Origin: Podospora anserina
Taxonomy: Eukaryota
DNA: 64,000 nucleotides
Reading direction: 5' to 3'
Assembly (NCBI GenBank): GCA_017654855.1
Contig: CM030336.1
Location: 1,736,001-1,800,000 of the forward strand
Shown: in pieces, positions 36,634 through 48,753 of the stretch
Numbering within the stretch: the stretch's first letter is position 1
How the letters are laid out: every line of letters begins with the position of its first letter
The notes under the pieces: model-generated
Seen by the model: the letters and a program-made list of their open reading frames with translations, nothing else
The model's database searches: none
Told to the model about the DNA's origin: nothing
Translations under genes and position numbers: made by a program

Positions 36634-37398
36634 GTGGAGTGTGTGTGTTGGCAGCGTTGTATAAAAAAAGGCAAGCCGGTGGATGGAAGATATCTTGAAT
36701 TTCATGGCAATGCAATGGGCGTGTTGTTTTTATATTTTCTTTATATTTTAGCGTTTGTTGTTGATGATGATGTGGTTTTATTGGTAGAAGAAAAAAGATT
36801 AGTAATTGGCGAGCGGCGAGCAGCAAAATGAATAGAAGGGTAGCCTGCTTTTTACCTATCCTACAATAAACAAAACTGAGTGGTGTTGGATGTTTTGTTT
36901 TGTGATGATGTTGACCCCGCGTGACCTTTTGGGGGCGATGTAAACAGCCCCCTCCCCTCCCCTCCCCTCCCTCCCCTCCGCCCATCATGTGTTGCGGCGC
37001 GTGTGTGACTGATAAATTGGCGAGGAGGCACGGAGGAGGAGGGAGGGAGGGGCATCGTGTGTCATGAGGTGGGGGATCCACATGAGCATTGTGCACACGC
37101 ACCTCACACACAAACACACAGAGCCGATTCCCGAACCGCCGCCTGCTGAGCCCGCTTTGATCTTTCAAAAAAAAAAAAACCCCCCAAAAAAACACCCTAG
37201 GGAATCTTTGCGAGAGATAATCTTCACTGTTATCTCTCTGTTTGCAACTCCTTTTTTAGATGAGGAGAACGAGATAGGGAGATTTCAGCCAACTTCTCAG
37301 CAGCGGAACCCCGCGTCAAAACCGTCATTGGATAACCATCCAACAGACACGATTAACACCACCAACCGACCTATCACAGGTGATGCTCTCGAGGGGAA

Positions 37399-37806
37399 AT
37401 GTGCCGACAGGTCAGGCTGCATTTTGAGCCGTGCGGGCATTTTATCAAGATCAAGGTTGTTAGATGTCAGTTCACCTCAACCCAACCTCCCTCCCCCAGG
37501 GAAGGTAGGTAGGTAGGGGTAGCGGAACAGGAAAGGCTGACACAGAGCATTCTAGGTCATAGTCGACACTGCGGCTTTGTGCCTGGGTGGGAGAATAATA
37601 GGGCGATTACAGAGAGAAAGTACACTGATAACTTTCGGAGGTATCCGGGGTGTCCGGATGAGAGGTGTCAGTATTATTGGGATGGGTGGCATGCTTCCAA
37701 GGGGGGGAGGGAGGAGAGTGAGGGTTATGAGGGGGAGAGAAGGGGGGAGAGGGAACGGAGGAGGGGGAGGAAGAGGGAGAGGGAGAGGGAGAGGGTGTAT
37801 TATTGA
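37399..37806 (+). CDS. Cys/His small protein B (105 aa, 2 exons), paralogue of microprotein A
   Basis: Exon 1 37399..37465 (MCRQVRLHFEPCGHFIKIKVVR+T). Intron 37466..37555 (GTCAGT..GCTGAC..TAG). Exon 2 reads CHSRHCGF...RYPGCPDERCQYYW followed by an R/E-rich tail. Confidence 0.7.
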
Positions 37807-38143
37807 CCGTGAGGGGGGTTCTATCTGTTTGGGATCGAGGTTGGGTTTTGTTTTTGGGAGTTCTGGTTATGGGATAGGAATGGTCTGATCATCGCAAGAG
37901 GTCATTTGAGGGCGGGGGGACCTGTAGACGAGTCTAGAGTTTGCAGCGCCACCTTGGGGGTAATCTTTCAGCGCGGGATTCAATGATTCAATGAGCACTC
38001 AATTCACTGATTTCATGAGGGGATCCAACCTGAACATTATCACGCTTCATCCGTGCCACCGCCATGCTCATGTTCAATTCATGTTCTCATTCATCCTTTA
38101 CAAATATATACCGCCCCATCTTATATACAACCCTCCTCCCTCA

Positions 38144-39601
38144 CTACAACCCGACAGCAATAGCAGTCAACGCCCACTCCATAAACCCAGCATTCGTATC
38201 CCGAATATTATTGTTGAACTCGGCCGTCGTCGGATAAAAATTGGTCGAGTACCCAAACTCCATCGTGAACCCATAAACCTTACTCACCCCCGGCTCAGCC
38301 CAAAACCTGCTAAAAGCATAATCATCACTCGCCCCCGAGGTGGGATACAGCCCCACCGCCTGCTGGCTAACATAGCTCCTCGAACCCACACCCTTCATAC
38401 CCGCTACGGTGGCATCCGCCGCCCTCTTGATGGCAGTCGCGTCCGCGGCAGGGATGTACTCCTTGTACACACTATCCCCCGTCACCCCCCTCTTCCCATC
38501 ATACGTCGAGTTCAAAAAGTTCATCTTTGGATCCGTCGACTGATTCACGTCATCCCCCCAAGAATACAAAATCGTCCCCGCGGCAGAGTGAATGTCCATG
38601 AACCATCTGATGCCGGGGAACTTGTCATAGACGGAGACGTGGTTCTTGGTCTCCTGCTCTGACTCGGGAGCGGTGCCGTAAAACGCCTCCGAGCTAGGGC
38701 TTGTAGAAGCAGGGGAGACGGACGAAGAGAAGAACTTGCGAAAGTTCCAGAGGAAGTTGAAGTTGCGGTTGAGATCAACGCCCACCGACGCGCCCGACGA
38801 GCCAGAGCGGGTGTTCCTGTTCTTGCGCCAGAGAGAACCAGACGACTGGTCGTAGACCACGCCGTCTGGGTTGACGAGCGGGAAGAGGACAATCCCCGCG
38901 CTGAGCACAGACTTTACCTGGGCGTTGGTGTACGTCTTTTTGCCGTAGGTCAGCCCAGACCCGGACTTGTTCGCCGCGAGGAGGTCAGAAACCCAGTAGA
39001 GGAGGTTGTCGGGCCCGCCGCGCTCGCGGGCGTGCATGCCGGCCGAGAGGTAGAGCCGGTACTTTGACGTGTCGGGACCGGCTCCGGTGTAGGCGGCGAC
39101 CGAGGTGCGGCCTTGGAAGGTGGTGTAGGGGAGGTTGTACTTGAAGAAGGCGCCCGGGTAGGCGTTTGCGAGGCCGGTGAGCGCAGAGTTGATCTCGTTG
39201 ACGTTGAGGATGCTGGCGATGCTGGCCGTGCTGGCTTTGGTTCCGAGGCCCGAGGGGGTCACGGAGCCGCCGCTGAAGCGATCGCCGGTGCCGATGGGGG
39301 CTTTGCCCGAGGTTTGGCGCTTGTCGAGGGCAGTCTCCTGGACGGTGATGGCCTCGTCCGAGCTGTACTCGCCGTGAAGCCAGCTGATCTGGTCTCTGGT
39401 GAGGAGAGCCTGGAGCTCAAACTTGCCATCGCTGGTGGGATGGGCGATGGGCCTGCAGCCGAAATCGAGCGTGTTGTTGGCCACGAGATCGGAGAAGTGT
39501 GCTGGGCTGGGAGCCCTGATCTGAACAGGCAGCAGCTCCTCCGCGAGAGACGCGGTGACCTGGAGCGCCACCACGGCGGCAGCTGGCACAAACTGTTTCA
39601 T
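38144..39601 (-). CDS. Secreted M14 zinc carboxypeptidase (preproenzyme)
   Basis: Signal peptide, KR propeptide site, HARE zinc motif, WRKNR, DLNRNF, DIHS and FTMEFG. Confidence 0.93.
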   Translation of the reverse strand: MKQFVPAAAVVALQVTASLAEELLPVQIRAPSPAHFSDLVANNTLDFGCRPIAHPTSDGKFELQALLTRDQISWLHGEYSSDEAITVQETALDKRQTSGKAPIGTGDRFSGGSVTPSGLGTKASTASIASILNVNEINSALTGLANAYPGAFFKYNLPYTTFQGRTSVAAYTGAGPDTSKYRLYLSAGMHARERGGPDNLLYWVSDLLAANKSGSGLTYGKKTYTNAQVKSVLSAGIVLFPLVNPDGVVYDQSSGSLWRKNRNTRSGSSGASVGVDLNRNFNFLWNFRKFFSSSVSPASTSPSSEAFYGTAPESEQETKNHVSVYDKFPGIRWFMDIHSAAGTILYSWGDDVNQSTDPKMNFLNSTYDGKRGVTGDSVYKEYIPAADATAIKRAADATVAGMKGVGSRSYVSQQAVGLYPTSGASDDYAFSRFWAEPGVSKVYGFTMEFGYSTNFYPTTAEFNNNIRDTNAGFMEWALTAIAVGL

Positions 39602-40731
39602 GTTGAATCCGGAAAGGTTGAACGCCTAGCAATCCAGACCTGGCTAGAAAGGCTGGGCGTTGTGAAGACGAAAGGGGTGAGCTTTCCAGTTATTTAACAT
39701 TTTAAACAGTCGTTGCAGTTTGAACTGGTGCAGGTGGTGAGCGTTCGAGAACCTGGAAATCGCTCAGGTCTAGATAACATGCTGGTGTCTCACCTACCAA
39801 AGTAGGAAGGCCGTCGTCGATTCGTCATTGTCCGTCAGGGCATGTGGTCGCATGAGAGGCGCGGGGGTAGCAGGGGGTCAGGGGCTGGTCTGGGGGGGCC
39901 ATCCAAGCATTGGGAAAGTCGGCCAAGACTTGCCCTGTTGAACGTCGGAGACTGGCAGTTAGGGCAACTAACGGCATCGTGCATAGAACTACCGAGCAGC
40001 GACCTTCCAAATGGAGGAGCCCCCCGGTGACGGTCCACAGTCGCGAGGTTGCATTGGTTAGCGGTTTAGGATAAATGCGACAGAGCCATCATCGACTCCC
40101 TGTTACGTTTATCATTGCGGCTTTGATAGTAGATCGGGCATGCTGCCCACTATAAGGTGCTCATGTTTATACAAGCGCCCGAGATGGAGTGGTACCCGAT
40201 AACCCGCTCCATGTATGTGGTGTTTGCCTCGCTAACTTCCATCATGTCCAGGCCTCTGATGTGATCGCTGAGATATGTGTTTGTTGGCTGGTAGGGAATG
40301 TGGCTGAGGAGAGAAGTGCCAAGGCACCTAGGTGTCATCCGGTGACCCTTTCTTTATCCAACGCATGTCTCGATTCTGATATGCAGGTCTCGGGATGACG
40401 TTTTTAGCACTTCTGTCCGGCCTAGGCTTGGAAGTCGACGCCAATTTCATGATGGAGAACCATAGTCAGGAGAAAGAAAATATTTACTTACCTAGCTCAC
40501 ATTCCTCACCTTTGCTTCCGTGACTTCCGTGAGGCGAGGCAGGGCGGCACGCAAAAATGGAAGCTACCTGGGTAGGCACAACTCCAGAGGCATTCGGGAA
40601 AAAACTTCCGTCTCATCATCATCTTCATGCCAAGCCATCTTATCTTTTCTCCTTTTCCATATCTCTTCTTCAACGGCATCCCTTCCCTTCATCACAGACA
40701 ACAAAAAGAAATCACGGTCAACAACCAAACG

Positions 40732-42441
40732 TCATACCACGTCTTTCCAGCGCCACGCACAGCCCTGGATTGTGAACCTCGCCAACGAAAACGCTGCCAA
40801 CGCCGAAATTAACACTGCACCAAAAACAAGGACAAAACCCTCTGTGCCTAGGTTCTCGAGGATCGAGGCACTTAGAGGAATGCAAAGCAACGACCTTTTG
40901 CCCCAGTCAGTACAGGTGTTCTCATTTGGATCCTGAGATCAGGCTTCTAGACTTACGAAAGGCTGACCACGCTGTAACTTGTACCGTAGTACTGCCCAAA
41001 CTTGTTGGGAACCGTGAGTCTAGGATGTCGGTCAGCAAAGCTGTTGCCCGTGCTCTTCAAGTTGAGGGAGCACGTACTGCCCGACACAGATCGGCCCGAT
41101 GCTGATGACACAACCGGTGCCGAAGCCGAAGAGGGCTGCGAACAGGTAGAGTAGCCACATCCTGTCCGTTTCCACCAACATCCAGACGGCAAATGTTGTG
41201 ATGATAGAGAAGATGGTGGTCAAGATCATGGTGTTGAACCGGCCAATCTTGTCCGAGATGGCACCCGCCACCAGCCGTCCAACTCCTGAGCCTCTGTCGT
41301 CGCGTTAGCTGATATTTCTGGGGGCGGGGTGGTGTTCAACATGCCAGGCCACACTCACCCACTCATCACGGCGACTATCACAAAAGTCGATTGCTCTTCG
41401 AATCCTTTTGCGAGAGCCCATGTCGGGACCATACCCAATCCCGCGATCAGGATGAACTGGTTCACTGTTGGCCACATGTTAGCAAGTAAACCACAGTCCA
41501 AAGTCGAGAAGGCACATACTGAAGCAACCAACAGTCGTCCACAGAAAGCTAGCGTCTCGAAAACATCCAAAGTTGATCGCCCCCGACCCCCGTCGACCCT
41601 TGATGCGACCCTTGATTAGGATGTTCCCCATACCCAACAGCGATGTCACAATGAGAGCCAGGATCCTCATGCTCCATGCCCATCCCAACTTGGGCAGCGT
41701 GGTCCTCAACACCAACGGAAAAGCAGCACCCCCCACGCTGCTACCAACAAAGACAATCCCTGCCGCCAACCCCCTCTTCTTTTCGAACCAGTGCGCGAGA
41801 ACAGAGAGAGCAACAGTGCAGCATAAAGCCGCCCCCGAACCCATGACGATACCCCAAAGAAGCATCAAATGACCATACATGACACCCGGAGCTCGCACGC
41901 CCTGTCTGACATGGACATCGCTCTCTTCTGGCAGGAAGCCTAGCCCGACAAGTCCTGCTAGGTACACCAGACTACCCGCCATCAGCAGCCATCTCGGACC
42001 GAACCGGTCAAACCATGGGCCGACCTGGACGCCCAGGAACAAACACAGGAAGATGTTGGCGCCTGAGATCCAGGCGATGTCTTGGATCGGAAAGGAGGAC
42101 AGATGGTGCTGGGCCCAGTAGGGTTGGATGACACCGACAGAGTTGCTCAATCCGTACACGGCTGTGGTGATGCAGAAGGATCCAGCAACTGTCAACCACG
42201 CTTGCAGGCCACCTTCTGGTGGCGAGTCTACTATCATCTCCTTTGTTGACACGCCGTTTTCTGGGTCCACAGGAGGCGCGGGGGTGGTGCTGAGGGTTAG
42301 GAAGGGGGTGATCGTTGGGGGAGTAATGGGGGTAAAGATATCGAGATGGGTGGAGGCCGACGAGAAGGTCGACAACGGTCGTGGCCGCGTCATGTTGCCC
42401 TTTGTCGTCGGTGGTAGCTGCTTTGAGGCCGTGCTTTCCAT
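40732..42441 (-). CDS. MFS monocarboxylate-porter (MCH-like) transporter, multi-exon
   Basis: PPEGGLQAWLTVAG, DRFGPR, HWFEKKRGLAAG, SDKIGRFN and FGQYYGT motifs, with many TM segments. Last exon ends ...WRWKDVV*. Confidence 0.9.
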
Positions 42442-43913
42442 AGCGATGACACAAAGAATATGGTGACTGTCAAGGTGAGTTTTAACTGAACAACAGAAAG
42501 AGCAGGCTCGTCACCGGCTGTAAAGTCTCCTTCGATGTTGCCGGCGGAAGTATATATCCCATACGGCAAGTCCTCCATGGTTTTTTTCTTTCCTTTCTGA
42601 CAGCCTTGGCCTGGCTAGTCTCCTGACACTAGTTGTGTCCGGTCGTTCTTCCATGAGTCCATCCCTCGATCGTGGCTTGGTGCTGAACAACACGCCCCCC
42701 TCTGCCTTTTACTCTAGCCCCGAAACCGGTACTTTGGTATCCCAGGAACAAATCCCCCGCCCCAACCACAGCTAGCCCCGGGAAGAGCCGCCATATCCGC
42801 AGCGCTGGGTACCAGGGTGTCATTAATGGGCCACATGCTTCCTGAATCAGGACTTCATGGGGGGGGAAAGTCACCATCGTCAGCAAAAATCCCTTGTGAG
42901 AGCCGCAACTCTAGCCAACCGGGCACAGTGGCGGCTGACGTGCAAGTCGACCGAATTGGAGGTTCCCCCCTGACACCAGCCCATGCGGATGTACCCGACT
43001 TGAACCCGACCATGAACAGAAACTCCAATGACAGGCTTGAAGAAACCAAGGAATTGGACAACGATTGACGAGCCCCATCATGGATCTGGAAACCACCAGT
43101 GGCTGGATGGCAAATCCTCGGCAGGGGCATCAGGTGAAGGTGCAAATTTTCACACTTGGAGCTCTTTGTAAGGGCTATGACGAGGTCATCAGGACATTGT
43201 CAGCTTAGAAGTCCCTCCCTTGCTGCTGTGCAAGTTGAACAGTGCGCCAAATCTTAGCCTGGGTAACCCCCAGAGAAGTTGTGAGGCGGCATCTGCTTGC
43301 AAGGGAGTTGGAGAGGAAAACACCAGGTTTGTGACCTCGTGATGTGGTGGAATTTTTGCTGCTGAAGTGATCCCAAACCGCGGAGCGGTGAAAGCCCTGA
43401 TCATCGGTTTGTTGGACAAGGGCCCCTGTTTGGCTCCCTCCCAACCACCTCAACCGTTGATGTCTTTGGCTACTTGGAGAAAGGTCTTGTTCGATCGAGT
43501 TCTCTAGTGCGAAGGTGATTGTGTAATGTGAGATGTCACAAATCGGGGTATTTCTTGGCATCGAATGTCTGGAACACAACCAACCCCCTGTCAAGAGTTG
43601 TTTGCTGCTTCAGCCCTAACCCTTGTTTAGATGCCTAACCTCCAAGATATCAACTTCAATAGATCGTTACCATTGTTTCGCATTTTCAGACGCGATGATT
43701 CCCACGCGTCGAGGTAGCATCGCTTCAAACGAGCCAATGACCACCCCTCATCTCAGAATCCCGTCGCTTGGCATGCCATCTTTTCAAATTTCCGTCGGCG
43801 TTCTCTAAGCGCGGTATTAGGGGGGGCGGGGCGAGGCAAATATCAATGGCAAGCTCAATCTGTTTTCTCCCGATATTCAGTGATTTCGTGCATATATCTG
43901 CCTGTTCCAAAAG

Positions 43914-44990
43914 ATGACGCCCGCGGGCCTCGGAAGCGCCACCACGACAGGCGCTACGACTACTGCTCCTTTCCCGTTCGCCGAAACAGCTTCCCAGAGG
44001 ATCGCCTGTAGCGCGCTGGTAACGGGGTATTACCAGTGTGGGAGCAACGAAAGTGAAGGATGCTGTCCCACGGGGTATGCGTGTGCCGAAGAGATGGATC
44101 GGTGCATCATCCCCAGCACTCCGTCGACCAACGTGGATTTTACTGGGAGATGCTTCGGGCTGTTGGGGTATGGGCAATGTGATGAGGAGGCAGGAGGTAA
44201 GCTTGACGCTGATGATTACCTACCTAGGTGGACTTGCTTACAGTTTCCGTCCGCAGGAGGCTGTTGCCCTTCCTCCTACGCCTGCCTGGATGGCAGCTGC
44301 ATGCTCACGCAAAAGGTTCAGAAAACACTCACCAGCTGGGTGTCATACGGGAGTGTCGAGGCTGGGACAACACCCTCGACTTTTGTGATGGACTACTCTT
44401 ATCCGCCGGATATACAGGTGTCTCTCACCCGTCTTTTCAATGCGGCTCCTATGATGACTACCGATCCTTTCTTCGAAGGGACCACTACCAGCCCTCTTCT
44501 CGAGGGGACATCCACGACTTCCAGGCTTCCAACAGGTATCGATACGGAACCGAAAGGAGGCTTAGGGACGGGGATTATTGCGGGAATTGTTGTTTCTTGC
44601 GTTGCGGTTGGCCTGATGATCATTGCGGGGCTGTTCTTCTTTGTTCGACGACAGCGACGAAACAGAAAGGAGGACGGCGACAGCAAAGATAGCCCTGCAG
44701 CGGAACTGGCTGAGAAGTCCATTGTTGAGCTGGCGGAAAAGTCTGATGTGTACGAAGCAGACACACGAAGGGTGTTTGAGGCGGACACGGAGCGACACAC
44801 GCACGAGATGGCTTGCAACGACATCAAAACAGAAGCGTGGGAGTTGGAAGATACGTCATGTAGGTCCCGGGAACTGCCTCCATCTTACGGGGTAGTATCT
44901 GAGAAGGAGAAAGACGCGGATATCCCTCCAAAGACAGTACAGACCTACTGTTCAACAGAGCAGTTGAAAAGTCTTTTCGAACACCAATAG
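43914..44990 (+). CDS. Receptor-like type I membrane protein: Cys-rich ectodomain, S/T stalk, TM, acidic tail
   Basis: Two GCCPxxYAC modules, in-frame intron 44197..44256, TM GIIAGIVVSCVAVGLMIIAGLFFFV-RRQRR. No in-frame signal peptide found, so the start is uncertain. Confidence 0.75.
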   Translation: MTPAGLGSATTTGATTTAPFPFAETASQRIACSALVTGYYQCGSNESEGCCPTGYACAEEMDRCIIPSTPSTNVDFTGRCFGLLGYGQCDEEAGGKLDADDYLPRWTCLQFPSAGGCCPSSYACLDGSCMLTQKVQKTLTSWVSYGSVEAGTTPSTFVMDYSYPPDIQVSLTRLFNAAPMMTTDPFFEGTTTSPLLEGTSTTSRLPTGIDTEPKGGLGTGIIAGIVVSCVAVGLMIIAGLFFFVRRQRRNRKEDGDSKDSPAAELAEKSIVELAEKSDVYEADTRRVFEADTERHTHEMACNDIKTEAWELEDTSCRSRELPPSYGVVSEKEKDADIPPKTVQTYCSTEQLKSLFEHQ

Positions 44991-45299
44991 AGCCGCACTA
45001 TCAGCACAGCCCCCAGTAATTTACCTGGTTACACAGCACCAACACTCCCTCGAAATACCTTGCATCAACACCCTCAAGGGAACCAATCACTTGGACAAAG
45101 GTTGCACTCTTTGATATAGGAAGTAATCGATATTCAGTCACACAAGCCTCGAGTACAGAACCAATAATACTTGGCACACAACCCTCTCTCGCGCCGTTCT
45201 GCCTGCCTGGTCTGAGGGAACAGGATGGTACAAAGGGCAGTTTGAGCCATTTCGTTAGATGGCCTTGGTTTTATCTACCTTACCCATCAGCGCACACCC

Positions 45300-46297
45300 A
45301 AATTGACTACCGCTACCCCGACTACATCATGGGATCTCCGGGCGATTGAGGTGCTGGTTGACACGAGTAACACGGCGCTGGTGGAATTTCTTCGTACCGC
45401 GTACGGCTACTCTTCAGACAAGCGCAAGTTCCACCCAGACCTCCTCTACCACTGCCGCTCTCCCCAACGCCTGTGGTCTGCCGAGTTATTTTGACTGCGG
45501 GGGAGATTGCCTTGGGTGTTGTCCCGTCGGATTGATCTGTGGAGGACCTGGGGGGAGGGATGACCGTTGCTTTTTCGACCGACCTGCCTCGATCGTACCG
45601 TGGGGGGATCTACGTCAATCATGTCCGGATAAAGGCGGGTATGGAGCTTGCCCTGAGACGGTGGGAGGTAAGAGCTGCCGTGTTTCCCGGTGGTTCACAG
45701 CCAACATGGCGTGGCAGGAGGCTGCTGTCCGGCATCGTACGCCTGCGTCAGCGGTGGGTGTATGCTTTACAAAAAAGATCCAGGTGACTGCTCTGAGCAC
45801 AATGGTGTGGTGGGATGATATAGGTCGGGATAGGGCCGACCGGATTACCACTATCAATGGCACGAGGATGGTGACGGCGCCAAAGAAAACAAAAACAGAA
45901 TGATGTAGACGTCGATGGCCCGTACAGTACCCTCAAGGTTGACAAAAAGGCCGGTCTACATGAAGCAGATGCGGAGAGACATACGTCTGAGCTGCCTTGT
46001 AACCAGAATGAAGCTTGGGAGATGGAGGACACGTCATACAGACCAGAGTTGTGGTCATCTCATGGACGGGCAGAGCTGGAGATGGAGCCGGATGTGCCCA
46101 TCATGAACATAGACGACGCTGAGGTTGTTGCGGTGACTCCCGCTTCACCATCAGAGACTCTAGAGATGGGTCAGAAGCCACCACCACCGACACCGAGCCC
46201 AGTTTCTCCGCTTGATACCCCAGAAACGACGAAGAACTCACCTGATACGACCACTGTCATCTCCCCAGTTGATACACCAGGAACAAAACACACCTAG
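45300..46297 (+). pseudogene. Decayed tandem paralogue of 43914..44990
   Basis: Same GCCP modules and same intron position (GG|GCC). Frameshift near 45767. Stalk and TM are missing before RRQRK at about 45875, but the tail HEADAERHTSELPCNQNEAWEMEDTS matches copy 1. Confidence 0.7.
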
Positions 46298-46497
46298 AAA
46301 GCCACCACCACCACCACCACCGCACACCATCAAATAGAGTTAACATGTAAAGACTAAAAGTTACCATTACTGCTCTTCAAAGCCATGATTCGATACTATT
46401 ACCCCTTGCCCTTCCCCAAGAAACAAACCACTAAACCAACATAACAAATACACATGAACGCTATTACAATATATAACCCCCCTTCCCACCCCCCTCC

Positions 46498-48753
46498 TCA
46501 AATCCCCGAATCATCCTTCTCCACCATCTCTTCCAAGTCCCCCCTCCCCAAATCCCCCTCCCACTCCTCACACCCCCCAACAAGCCTATCCACCGCCCTC
46601 CTCCCCAAAACCCCATAAATCCCCCCCTCCACCCCCTCCTCCCCCTGAATCACCATCTGCAACGCCAACCCACTACTAGCATGCCAGCTGATATGGCAAT
46701 GAACAAGCCAAACCCCCGGATTGTCCGGCCGAAAAGCAACAGCTACATACCCCCCACCCCCCGGAACAACCACCGTATCCCTCCTAGGCGGGTTCTCATA
46801 ATTCCACGTCCCCGGGCTCGTCACAGGATCGAACCGTTCGTTTGACTGCCCCAAGATGACAACATCTGTCCCGTGCCAGTGCATCGGGTGCGCACCCCTA
46901 TTGGGGACGATCTGTGACCCTAGTTGGGAGGGGTGAGTCCCTGGGAGGAGGGAGGAGTCAATGATCATGTAGATGAACCCTTCGCGACGGTAGGGGTAGT
47001 AGACGATGTTGTAGCTTGGGTTTGCGGCCGCGCCGGTGAGGTTGAGGAGGGTTGGGTTGGAGAAGTCGAGCCAGAAGGGGGAGTGCATCGACTTGCCGAT
47101 TTGGTGTTCTATGTTGGGGTCTAAGCGTAAGAGCCAGTGGGAGTAGTTGCCTGACTGGCCTAGGGTTTGGTCGGGGACGGTCTGGCGCGCGTTGTAGAAG
47201 GTGGAGAGAGACAAAGGGTTGAGGGGCTCACGGGCGATGGTCCAGGGGACTACGGGGACCATGGAGGATTGGGCGTCTAGGCAGGAGAAGTCGGTGGTGG
47301 TTGAGAGGCTGGTGGGGAGGGCGAGGGAGCGGAGGGACGGGTAGCTGATGATGCCTACGCGGGTGTCCAGGGGGTAGGTCGTGTTGGCGCCGGCGGTCGA
47401 GTTGAACACTCCCTTTTTGAAGGCGTTGCAGCCGTCGGCGGGTTGGGCGCGGAGCCAGTAGTTGCCTGTGCGATCTCTTTGGCCGTCGACGATGACGTCG
47501 AAGCGTTGGCCTACGGCAATGACCAAGCGGTCGGTGGTGTAGGGCCGGATAGGAACAAGATCGTTGGCGATGACGGTGAACTCGTGGTCGTCGATGGAGA
47601 CGACAAAGGTGGCGCCGGATCCGCTGTTGATGAGACGGAGACGGTGTTTCTCGCCAGGGGTGAACCGTGTCACGCTGTAGGCTTCAACGTCTCTTGGTGA
47701 GTTTCCCGGTCCACCAACTGCATTCATGCCTGCCTTTCCGTTCAGGAGGAACGTGTCCATCTTGACGTTTGCCTTTGCAATTTCGTTGGTCTTTTCTTGA
47801 TGGAACTCGCTGAAGGCACTGTCACGCACCCAGTCAGACACCATCAACGTCTGCTCAGCCTCGACATCATAGTTGGCACTGGCCGGGCCATGGATGACAA
47901 GAGGACCGCAGAGACCGTCGCTGTATTGAAGTGAATAATGGCTGTGGTACCACGTCGACCCGTATTGGAGCACCCTGAACTTGTACTGGAAGGTGTGGCC
48001 TCGGGCAATGGGACACTGAGTGACGGCAACCCCGTCCATGTCGTTGGTGAACAGTTGTCGGATTCCGTGCCAGTGGATCTGGGTGCCCATGTTGGGAAGG
48101 GAGTTCTTGACAGTGATGACGAGTTCATCACCCCAGCATGCCTCCAGACGAGGTCCTGGGTAGGTGCCGTTGAACAACAATGCTTGTTTCGGGAAGCCAT
48201 CTGGGTAGATCACTCCAGTCGCAACATCAATAGTGTACTATCAAAGTTAGTAAGATTCATGTCAACGATCAGGGGTGACCGTACGTATCGCGAGACGCCA
48301 GTGGGCGCAGCAACCTCATCTGCGTGTACTCATGTCAGCGTCTGTTTTCGTCTCACAAAATCACACCCGGGCATAATACACACAGTTGGTGTGAATATCA
48401 TAACCGTAAATTCTCCCCTCACTGTCCGGCCTCTTCATCCTCAACCAACACGTCCGAGAGTTTGCCCTGTTGCATGACTCCCAAATGTCAGGGTCAAGCT
48501 GTGGATAGTGACATCGAAAGTTGCCCGGTGCGCCCTCAGGATGGAACGTCAATCCACTGTGTGACGCCTCATCACGACTGTGAAGCTTGTGATGCCAGCT
48601 GCTGGTATATCCCCCATGGTCAATAGGGTCAGCCTCGGCAGGATCCCAATCGAACCCCCCAGCAGGCGTCTCGAGTTTGGCTTCGGAGAAGGGGTCCGGA
48701 TTTCCGTACACTCGCGCTATGACGGCGGCGAGCAGCACATCTTGAAGTCTCAT
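46498..48753 (-). CDS. Laccase-like multicopper oxidase (AA1), 3 exons
   Basis: Signal peptide [17 protein letters not shown]. Copper motifs HWHG, WYHSH, HPMHWHG and [13 protein letters not shown]-terminal DSGI typical of ascomycete laccases. Two introns between about 48240 and 48382. Confidence 0.93.
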
